The notes under the pieces: generated by a model
What the model was told of the DNA's origin: nothing
Seen by the model: only the letters and a program-made list of their open reading frames with translations
The model's database searches: none
In this document: positions 12,643-22,616 of the stretch, one piece after another
How positions within the stretch are numbered: position 1 is the stretch's first letter
Layout of the letters: each line of letters opens with the position of its first letter
Translations under genes and position numbers: made by a program
Assembly (NCBI RefSeq): GCF_032062105.1
Contig: NW_026933200.1
Coordinates: 248,001-312,000, forward strand
DNA length: 64,000 nt
Origin: Saccostrea cucullata
Taxonomy: Eukaryota
Reading direction: 5' to 3'

Positions 12643-13715
12643 TATATTATAAAACTACCAACAATTTGATGTAAACATAAATATCTATTATATGCATAAA
12701 CTGTCAACATTTTCTGTATCTCAAAATAGTTAAAACATACTATAAAAAGATATTGTATGTGGAAGTATATAATTGAATGATCAACTTTTAACTCACTTCA
12801 AATCTGTACATCTAAAAATTATAAATACCAATCATAGATAAAAATATACATTGATACAATGTGAGTTGATTGTAAAATTTATGAAAAATGTCCACACTTC
12901 TAAATATATTAAGCCAAGCATAAATCATAAAAATCTTTTAAAATTTTCCCTCTACCATAAAGCAGTGGCTCCAATAAAAATTAAGAAAGCAGCATCAGTT
13001 ATTGGTCCTAGATTATGATAAGCATGGTGCATAATTTTGGTTCACACTTCCTTGTAGCACACATATTACAAACCATATTATGCTTTGTTTTTTCTCTTTT
13101 AAAACTCAAAATAAAAGCTATCTCTTTCTCCCTCTCTCTGAGTCTCTCTCTCACTTGCTCATTTAATCTCAATACTGTCAGATCATTTGAAATCACCAGG
13201 TAGCCTGAAGGGGTTATTCTACAACATACAATTATAACAAAATGAATAACATCCCAGTATTTTTTCTTTGGTTACATCTATAAAATCAGAGGTTTAGAAA
13301 ACAAAACTTAAAACTACTGCATGAAAGAAAAATGTGCTTATATACAAGTAGAGGAAATCAGTCCAAAAAATCATTATAAATATTGTCATTCTGCTCTGTA
13401 CTCAGAAAAGTAAAAATTTTAAATATTGTAATATACTTTAACATGTAAAATGCAGAAAAATAATCTTTTCTGATATTCCAGTAAATGCCCATTGCTATAA
13501 CCTTGACCTCAATGACCAAGCACCCCCATATATGATCTCATTCTTTAACCTTGACCTTTGATACAGTGACCTTAAAATCAATAAATCTTTTCATTAACCT
13601 ACTCCTGCCTGTGTAAGGAAATCACATGATTTAAGAAAAATCATTTTTTAAAGTTTTCAACATTGAAAGACATTTCAATTACTGGCAATTTCTTCTATGA
13701 CCACAGATTACAATA

Positions 13716-13923
13716 CTGTAGATCACTAAATTTTCGCGACACCTTATTTTTGCGAGATAGCCATTGGCTCTTGATAAGCGAGACAAAATTTTCACGAATT
13801 GTGGTTCTTGATCTATATTATCCTAAGGAATACTATTATATGCGAGAATTAAATTTTTGCGAGCACACTGTCTCGCGTAATTACGCGAAAATAAAGTTCT
13901 CGCGAATAAAAAGTGATTTACAG
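13716..13923. mobile_element. TA-TSD MITE (CTGTA termini)
   Basis: TA|ctgtagatcact ... agtgatttacag|TA with internal tcgcg repeats; a related copy in opposite orientation lies at 34950-35131. Confidence 0.8.
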
Positions 13924-14553
13924 TACCCCTAGTCTATAAAAGCATTCCTTTAATCAAAATGGTTCATCACAAATACTGGGATATTCATCTTAGACATTCA
14001 TCTACAAGTTTTCTAAAAGCTATTCCCTACATTAAAAACAAAACCTTCCTCAAACCTAGTAACACAATGTAACTGACATACTAGTATTATACATAAAAGA
14101 ATTTGTTGACAAGTTGTATTCACATTCAAAATTGAATTTACAATCTTGTCGTGATAAAATTATGATTTCATAATAACAAAATTTTGGCTGTGTTGGCAAG
14201 CTCACAGTGTTAGCATCAGTGTTCTGATCAAGTTAAGGATACATAACACAAACAAATCATGACGCCTGAAATATACTTTTAAACTGATTTTGAATTTAAA
14301 TTACCTAAACAATACATTTCTAAATTACTGGATTCTGCAAATATTAAATAATCAAGCCATCTATATAATCTATGAACATAAATGTACAAGATACATTTTT
14401 GGCTGATTTCTAAAATAAAAGTTTGTTTGTGTTATTTATCATTGAACAGACCATAGCTTATTAAATTATGTCATGGCACAAAAATATTAATGGATAGTGC
14501 TTGAAATACATATTCATATATACTTCTCATGAAATGGATGAAAATGACCCCCA

Positions 14554-17500
14554 TTATTCTGGGAAGATAGAAGTATCATTGAATGACTCCTTCATGGCCT
14601 TGACCCGCTGCAGGAACAGGTCCTTAGCGTACTGATAAAGCGCGATGTCCAGGGTGTTCAACTCCAGAATCTTCTTCCACTGCTCAACACTCGGGTGAGT
14701 TTTCATACTGTGTGTCACATTATACTGATTAAAATCTTTGATAAATTGTATATGAAAGACATGCTCAAATAACTTCTGAGTTTCCAGCTGGAACTCTGTT
14801 AATCCGAAGAAAGACAGATCCCGCAGGTTTTCTTTGGCACTTTCTAGCATTAGTGTGTTGCGTTCCTCTTCGGTCATCCCTGTCTTGTTGTAACAGTTAA
14901 CCTTGCTGAGATTGGCCAACATTCGCGTCTGTCTATTGTTGGCCAGGTTGTGTGGACAATTGATGAATTCCTTCAGCGTCACGTCTTCCCACGTCTCCGT
15001 CTCAAAACAAAACGGCACTTCCTTCAGCGTGGCCTGACGTCCATTACACTGGAGTCGAGCCGTTTTCCATGTAGCACCACGACGGACGTGTTTCCACTCG
15101 CTCAGGTATCGACTGACAGGATCGCGAAGTATCGTCACATAATGATACCTGAAATTAAAATTGTAAAAATAAAAAGACAGAGTAATAATAATTTCAAATT
15201 CAAATGAATTTCATGCTTCATTTCAATCAAAATATACTTGTTAATTATAGTGAGTTTAACTCTATAGATGTATTTCTGTAAATTTATGTAAGAATTAGAA
15301 GCTTGAATATGTCAGACATGAATGCCCTCGCTAAAAATCAAGTTTTAAAAATTTTGAAAGTCCAAGGAGGATTTCTTTTTATGAAATAGATGTCAGTACA
15401 ACATAATCAAGCTGCATTCTACAAACATGTTTTCTAAACTAGATGAGTCTGTGTGACACAAAATTCCCCCACTGACATGTGTTTTAGATATGTATATGTG
15501 AAAGTTTGAGAGTGTGAAAATAACAGCATGAACAATATTAGGTGAAATGGCACAAAAAATATCATACTGATAAATCTAATTAGTCATCAATATACAGAGA
15601 CAACCAAAATCATGAACCATAAGCACAGCAAAAACAAGAGGCCAATGGACCACAGTGCTTGCTGTGTTACTTAAGGGTCCTTTTCTTCCATACTCCTATT
15701 TATGAAAACTTTGTTCACATACTCATAGTGTGACCTCCTGCTCAAGTGGTGATGATTTAAATATAAAAATGAATCTACATAACCTGAGGATCAATATAAA
15801 TATAAATAACCATAGCTTTGCTGTTTGTGAGCAAAAGATTTTTTAAAAAATTCCTACTAGTATATATTATTCCTGAGTAAAACTTTGATTGCCCATTGCT
15901 TTGTGGTAAGTTTGGTTAAAATTATCCAAATGGTTATGGAGAAGATTGAAGTAAAAATTGTAAAAGTTAACAGTCACATAGATGGTGCATGGATGATATG
16001 TATGGATGGAAGATTAATAAATTTTGATCAGAACAGCTCACTCAAGCCTTCAGTTCAGGTAAGCTAAAAGTCGTCAGGAAAACAGTGAATCATTACAAAT
16101 GTTCCAAGTCTCAACACGCTCAAGGCCATGACTTTTGTAAAAGTTGGTCAATGACAGTCATCCAGAAACTTCATGTGAAATAGTCAGTAAGATGTGTTCA
16201 CACTTCATAATAACTCTTACTTATGTAACAAAAAAAAAATATATAAGATAATTGTATCAGATACTTGGTCTAATTCACCTCAGGTCTGAGAGTCTACATC
16301 CTACTCCTGCTTATCAGATGGCAATTAAATGAGACAAAATAAAACTCAGTCATCTCCCTAAATCAAATGCATAATAAATAATGTTTCAACTTAAGTTGTG
16401 CCAAAAGCACTAGAGTTCATCCCCAGTGCACTTCTCTTAATGTTCAGTTTACAAAGAGATGCATAATCTGCTGTGAACTTTTTCCCTTCATGTGATCTAA
16501 CCACAATTTCATGCTCTCTGAGTCAATGAGTCAAGAGAGACTAACTTCCTGTGTAAAAAGTTATATATTATACATCACCTTATATTGGGACTATTTACTA
16601 TTCAAAGTTTACTTTACAAAATTATTGCCAAAAATTTAAGCTGCAACAGCTCTTACTATAGGCCCAGTAAAAGAAAATCGGAGCAACAGTATTATATAAT
16701 TTAAATATTAACAGTCACTTGTTCTTCTATGAATAACCCCTTTTCCCCTTTTTCAAACAGAAAGAAAAAAATGGTTCTTTTATCCCTTACAATAAATACA
16801 CAATTAAATATGTTGCTGAAGAAAAATTATCATCTTTTTAAAGGAAGACTAACATTTAAATTTTGCTATTATGAATTCACTTTTTTTTTTTCAAATATGC
16901 TCAACATATAAAATGTTCCCGCATACATGTACAGTTAATTAAAACAATAGAGAGCAAATCAATTATCAATATGGTGTGAAATTTTCCTGTACACAAAATA
17001 GTTTATTATAAAAATTTACAGACAGACTCTATAAATTAAAACTGAAGTCTGCCATCTTCTAGAAGTTGCACTTTGGCCATATATACTAGCAACAGAAATA
17101 TCTATCTTAAAATCATGTTTTTTGCTCCAATGAAGATTTCGAAAATTTCTAGAAATGTACACAGTTGTACTGCATGAAAAATCTGAACTAACAGAAATGC
17201 AGATTAGTATACATGTGTTTGGACAAGTTGAAAATCAATGATTTATTTTTGATTTACAATGTTGGTATTCTTTGAAAAATTTTATTAGAGAAGTCTTCAA
17301 TCAATGTTTTCATTGCTAGAAAAGTATTGTATGATAAAATCATAAATGTTGGTGATTAAAAACTTTGAATATCAGAAATAAATAGTATTAAAAAAGCCAG
17401 AAAAGAAAAGCTGAATATCTTTTTTAAATTCTGAATATGCAGCCTCTTTACATGGGTCATAGCCTAGGGCCATGCATGAAAAATCAAAATTTGTGATACT

Positions 17501-18432
17501 AAGTCTTTAACTAAAGCTGTCCATCTAAAGTCTAAAGACTTCACATAAGTAAAAAAAAAAAATTCTCTCATTCTAAACATCAAACAATTCATGAATAACT
17601 CTTTGAGGGGTTCATATACGCAGGGTCAAGCAAAAATCTTATTTTACTATTAAGGGAACATCTCCTAGCTGTAACTAGTTTTTCACTGTTTTTGTCTCCC
17701 ATGAACTTCCAATATCTCCTTTAAATTCAGTATTTTCTCTTCACCCTTTACCTGAATAAGTGGAATACATAAACCTTTAAACATCAAAATAATATAATGC
17801 CATATATACGGAACATCTGACTTACATACCTGTAGATCTTATCATGTTTACAAAGGTATCTAAACCCTAGGATATAACTTAATTACTACAGATGTTAATG
17901 AACTATTTACTCAAGTAACATATGTGAAACCTGTATTTTCTTGGTACCTTCTTTTCCTGTGCATGTTTTCCTTTTTGTCCATCTGTTCCTCCACACAGCT
18001 CTTCAGTTCCGTCCAGTCAGCGTGAAGTCCACACACCCACCCAGTGGAGTACCGACTGAATAACCATAAGGTTTTCTTACTAGTGGAGCAGTCACATCGC
18101 TTTACCCCCTTCACACACTTACACGGTTTATCTAGGTCGAGATTTTTTACCAGGTGTCTACCGAATGTTGTTCCACCTGTCTTCTGGATATGTAGAAACA
18201 CTATGACATCCTCATCTTCTAGATCAAGTGTGTATTCACGATTAAGTACATAATCTGCAAACTTGTTGGGTATTATTTCTCCATTTTTGTACGTTTGTAC
18301 GTATTTTATCAGGCTGTTCGACCCATTGCCATTCGAATGATATGTTCTGCCTGTATATAAAACACAAAGGAACGTGGTGATAAAGACAGAGGCTGCCACA
18401 AAAACAAACCACTTCCTGTGACACTTCGACAT
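14554..18432 (-). CDS. HS6ST: Heparan-sulfate 6-O-sulfotransferase (359 aa, two coding exons)
   Basis: Exons 18432-17948 and 15148-14554 join in frame (…HRKR-R-YHYVTILRDPVSRYLSEW…). N-terminal TM anchor, 5'-PSB motif FLHIQKTGGTTFGRHLV, WLFSRYSTGWVCGLHADWTEL and NLANNRQTRMLA. Confidence 0.96.
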
Positions 18433-18534
18433 TGCTGGCTCATTCTTCTAGGTCATTTTTAACTTAATGTTCCAAAAAGTAAATAAAAACAAGATACTTT
18501 AGATAGTGAATCTGAATGAAATTATTACAAGAAA

Positions 18535-18544
18535 AACCGGAAAT
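18535..18544. promoter_or_regulatory. ETS-type CCGGAA motif upstream of HS6ST
   Basis: aaccggaaat ~100 bp upstream of the ATG at 18432. Confidence 0.3.
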
Positions 18545-19889
18545 GACAATTAAACTGGCTAAGTCGTGCCAATATGAGTCGCTCGTTTGCAGCCCACATA
18601 GAAAAGGTCTTCCGTATGTCCGTCTGTCTGTCTAGCAGCCCGTCCGTCTACCTATAAAGCTTTCGTTATCATGCGATATCTCGGGAAAACTTTCAGCTTT
18701 TGCTAGTAAATTTTACATAACTCTTTATGGTCTAAGGATAGTTTTTTTTTTTTTTTTTTGGGGGGGGGGGGTGTCCAGAAAACAACAGATAAAAAAAAGG
18801 GGGCTACATTGTTGCAGCTAGTCTAAGTAAGGAGAAGGCAATGAATTTATAAGAGTCTTTTTAGATACAGTTTTTGATTTTTTTCCCCCTCCAATTAAGT
18901 TTCAGATCCTTAATTATACACATATAAAGAGAGCTATTCAACTTCATCAACATTTTTTTTTTACTTTTAACCTCAATTTTTAACTACAGGAAACCGGCAC
19001 CATTTTCAATGCAAGCTTTTGTATCTATATGGTATTTGGTGATCGAGAACTGATTTGTTACCTTTCAAAACCTTGCCAATGATCGTTGACTTGAAGCTTG
19101 GTATTGAATAAGCTGTTCGGGTATTTTCATCAAACTTTATAGGCCTACACAATTAGCTAATTTCCATTTCTCATTATTAATGAAGCTTGAACGTCATGGG
19201 TATACATATTATTTTTTTTATTTGTAGAGGGGGTATAAAGATATTACTCCAATCAATCATATAACGGCTCATTGGTAGAATTTTCAGAGGCTTTTGGTTG
19301 AAGTCACATTTCATGTTGATATTAAAAAGATAAAAAGAGGTTGGGATTCCTTATTGGCAATATCTGTTCAGTTTTTGCTGAAATCTGTTTAAATTCCGAT
19401 GTGCATAGACTGTGCTTTTGAAAGTTTTTTTTCTGTATGCAAATTATTTTCAAAGTCTGCTACGTGTCTCTCACAAGAAAAAAAAACACTTCAAGGCTTT
19501 CAGATGATAACTTACACCATTTAACTATAATTTTTATTTAAAATTAATTCGCTATACTTAAATTAGCAATCTAGCTATATAGTTGTAGAGGATCGATTTT
19601 TTTTAAAATTTAGATTGACGTACGTGCTATTTGCATGTGTCACTAAATATAGTAAAACTTGATATCTCGAACTCGATTGGACCGTGAAAAAACTTCGAGA
19701 ATTTCGAGTGTTCGAGATACAAAAGGCGAAATGCTCCAAGAAAAGGTGATTGGAACACAAATTATCGTCAATCGGTGCTTTAAGTTATGCCATTCGAGAT
19801 ATCCCTATTTGAGGCAGTTCGATGCATTAGAAATAGAAGAATAAAGTTAAAAGCGGAAAAAGCAAAACCAAATAATTAATTCCCCAATA

Positions 19890-21311
19890 ATGGGGATTCT
19901 GCACCGTTTATACCGCTTGATGACGTTGAACATGTTGTCTGCAGAAAGCACTACCCAAAAGTCTCTGGCTTTAGATGCCATCAAGAATAACAGAGTGTAT
20001 CTTCTCCCGGGGGCACAAACATTTGTAGTAGAAGGAAGCAAAGGAGACAAGTATGCTGTTACACTTCATCCTCAGGAAAAATGTCAGTGCCCAAGCCTCG
20101 GAAGCTGTTATCACATTCTAGCGGCAAAGTTGAGTGTTGGCATTGAAGAACTTGAAGAAAAAAAGATCTACAACTTAACTCAACTAAGAAAAAACAACAG
20201 AAAGAAGCCCAACAAAAAAGCGGGGAAAAAAGTGCCAAGGCCATGTGATGTTGAAGAAGTAATTGCTGCCCCTGACTCTGTTCAAAAAACAGGAGCGTTT
20301 ACGCCATCACAGAGACAAGTTCCCATTGAAATGGCAAGGGAAATGTCGGATATTGCAGAAGAAGGGGAAATGTTAGGGGAAGATGTAACACCATCTCCAG
20401 TGTTTGGTTCTAGGAAAAGAAAATCTGTCCAAACCACGGTGAAGAGTGTAAAAAGGTTAAAATTCGAGGACATGTCTACAACTCCACAGTCAAATCCATC
20501 AGAAAAAGCAAAGGAGAGTCCTAACTGGGTTTCAAATGACAATTTTACTTTGAAGATCTGCCACAAAAACATCATTGAAAATGGAGAAACTCTAGATTGC
20601 GACATCATAAATTACTGTCAGAAACTGCTTCGAAACCAACATCCAGAAATCGGAGGACTGCAGGACACTAGATATGCTCCAATTAGAGAAAATGGCAGAT
20701 GGAAATATGCATTGCCTTTCAAGACATTAGGTGGGGAAACAGCTGCACAGGTTCACCATACAGGGCAAGATCATTGGGTTGTCTCTATCAAATTAAGAGA
20801 AAACAACATTAATCTGTATGACAGTTGCACAGGGAAGAAACCAACACTGACAGATTCATTAAAAATCCAGCTCTCGAAAATTTACAGGAACTCGCAGCAG
20901 ACAAAGATAAATGTAAATGTTCCAAGGGTACAACAGCAAAACAATGGTGTAGGCTGTGGTGTTTTTGCTCTGGCATTCCTTACGGAGTTTGCAACAAACA
21001 AAGTGGACCCCAAAGATATTCATTTTGACATTGCAGCTATGAGAGGTCACTTGTTGAACTGCATCAGTCATCAAACTATGACTCCATTTCCAAGGAAGAG
21101 AGCAATTGTTCCACCAAGAAGGTTAAGTCTTTCAAAGACTACAAGTATATCATTTGCAGTGAATTGTGCATCTGATTGCAGTTTACCAGATGTCTTTGAT
21201 GACATGTTATCATGCGATACATGTGGGAAATGGTTTCACCAGCAATGTGCCGGAATCCAGCTGGAGGACTCTCGCAGTTTTGAATGGGTTTGTGGAGTTT
21301 GTACAAATTGA
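19890..21311 (+). CDS. SWIM zinc finger + Ulp1/C48-type cysteine protease + PHD finger protein, probably the C-terminal part of a DNA-transposon protein
   Basis: Uninterrupted 473-aa ORF. SWIM CQC…CYH; basic stretch RKNNRKKPNKKAGKK; protease motifs LDCDIIN, DHW, YDS and QQQNNGVGCGVF; C4HC3 PHD CASDC…CDTC…FHQQC…WVCGVC. The true start is uncertain. Confidence 0.8.
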   Translation: MGILHRLYRLMTLNMLSAESTTQKSLALDAIKNNRVYLLPGAQTFVVEGSKGDKYAVTLHPQEKCQCPSLGSCYHILAAKLSVGIEELEEKKIYNLTQLRKNNRKKPNKKAGKKVPRPCDVEEVIAAPDSVQKTGAFTPSQRQVPIEMAREMSDIAEEGEMLGEDVTPSPVFGSRKRKSVQTTVKSVKRLKFEDMSTTPQSNPSEKAKESPNWVSNDNFTLKICHKNIIENGETLDCDIINYCQKLLRNQHPEIGGLQDTRYAPIRENGRWKYALPFKTLGGETAAQVHHTGQDHWVVSIKLRENNINLYDSCTGKKPTLTDSLKIQLSKIYRNSQQTKINVNVPRVQQQNNGVGCGVFALAFLTEFATNKVDPKDIHFDIAAMRGHLLNCISHQTMTPFPRKRAIVPPRRLSLSKTTSISFAVNCASDCSLPDVFDDMLSCDTCGKWFHQQCAGIQLEDSRSFEWVCGVCTN

Positions 21312-21888
21312 AAAAAAACTGATGTAACTAAGAGTATAGATCAAGAAAGAAGCTTATAATTTATTTGTATCAGGCTGTTTTCCCCCTCCGCTTGACGGTT
21401 GTTTGTGGGAAACTGCTAGGTATATGAAGAAAATAGTTTGTAGTCTTAATTTATATGTCTATGTAGTGCTTTTAAATAGTAGCTATTAGTTTAGTATTCT
21501 TTTCCATTTTTATATGCGCTTTTATTCAGTTAAATCACTCTCGCTTTATTCCCCCTCCGCTTGACGGTTGTGCCAGGGAATACTGCTAGATCATTCATAA
21601 ATCTTAATTAAATGTATGTTTTTTTATTTATTGTATTTTGATAAATACACATGTAATAATAAAATAAAATATAAATGCATTTTGATTAGATTGAAACATA
21701 AACCATATTAAAAAGAAAAGATAAAAGTTTTCTGATGCAAAGCTTTTTATAAACTGTTATATCTCAGTTGTTTAACCATTATATAATAACTTTTTATAAA
21801 CAAGCAAAAATTTAAAGTAAAGTCGAAATAAACCAAAAAAGTTCATTTACATTAAAAGAAGTAGAAAGAACCCCTCCCCCCAAAAAAC

Positions 21889-21889
<1 letters not shown>

Positions 21890-21931
<42 letters not shown>
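21890..21931 (+). repeat. 42-nt poly(A) tract
   Basis: Continuous A run downstream of the 473-aa ORF; ATTAAA at 21851-21856. Confidence 0.9.
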
Positions 21932-21935
<4 letters not shown>

Positions 21936-22582
21936 GCTCTGAGGTAGAACTACGTCCACGTCGTAGAGCCTGGGAACACATATAATACAATGTGGCAAAG
22001 AGTTCTACAAAGAAAAAGAGAAAGAAAATTATTTTTCTTCATATAAATTAACTGACATTAAATAAGATTTTTCTCTTATTACAGGAAAAAAAATAAATAT
22101 ATCTCAAAATGGTCTGTTTAATCGCGATTTACGAAAACATCGCTGTCCGTTTTTGGTTTTAACATTTATAACAGAGTACTAGATTTACCGCTTTTTGGCA
22201 GGTGATATTGCTGATTCAGTAATAAATACGCAAATTTGTTAGGGTTTTTACGTATTATTGAATTCATTTAAACCTAGAAATTATGCCTGAGAAGTTTGAT
22301 GACTTTCTGTGCACCGATAAAGAAGAAATCGCCAAAAAACCAAAATCCGGGACCGTCGGGAGTCGGGCGTCGGGAGTCGGGAAGACTAGATATACCGCTT
22401 GCCATATTTGCATTGCTCTGTTTTAGTCTTTTGCCTTGATGATGGAATTGTTTTAGAATATTTTTAGAATTTGCTCCTTAAAAAAGCGTTGTAAGCAAAA
22501 ACAACTGCAAAGAATCCTCGTTATGAGATGTCATGCATTCAAAAATCTCGACTTACTTATGTACGAATTAGCTAGTAATGTT

Positions 22583-22616
22583 CTGCCCATGACAACAAAT
22601 TAGCGTCAAGATGGCG
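22583..22616 (+). promoter_or_regulatory. X-box-like motif plus YY1-type motif overlapping the FBXO36 start codon
   Basis: ctgcccATgacaac (imperfect RFX X-box), a 14-nt spacer, then AAGATGGCG. Confidence 0.45.

Larger units (their letters stand above)
18570..22394. mobile_element. Composite transposon-derived block between the HS6ST and FBXO36 starts
   Basis: Left end atat-gagtcgctcg... with ccgtc/ctgtc repeats; right end (gtcggga/gtcgggc)n-agactag-atat; a pogo-like MITE left end near 19648; a TE-type ORF at 19890-21311. End pairing is not established. Confidence 0.5.

Noticed and set aside
8930-14553. A ~5.6-kb HS6ST 3' UTR ending near the minus-strand AATAAA at ~8938-8943
   Set aside because: Plausible, but many alternative hexamers exist; it cannot be supported without transcript data.
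18570-22394. Assignment of the block to one named transposon superfamily with an ATAT TSD
   Set aside because: The ends (gagtc versus ctagtc on the opposite strand) do not form a convincing TIR pair and may belong to different elements.
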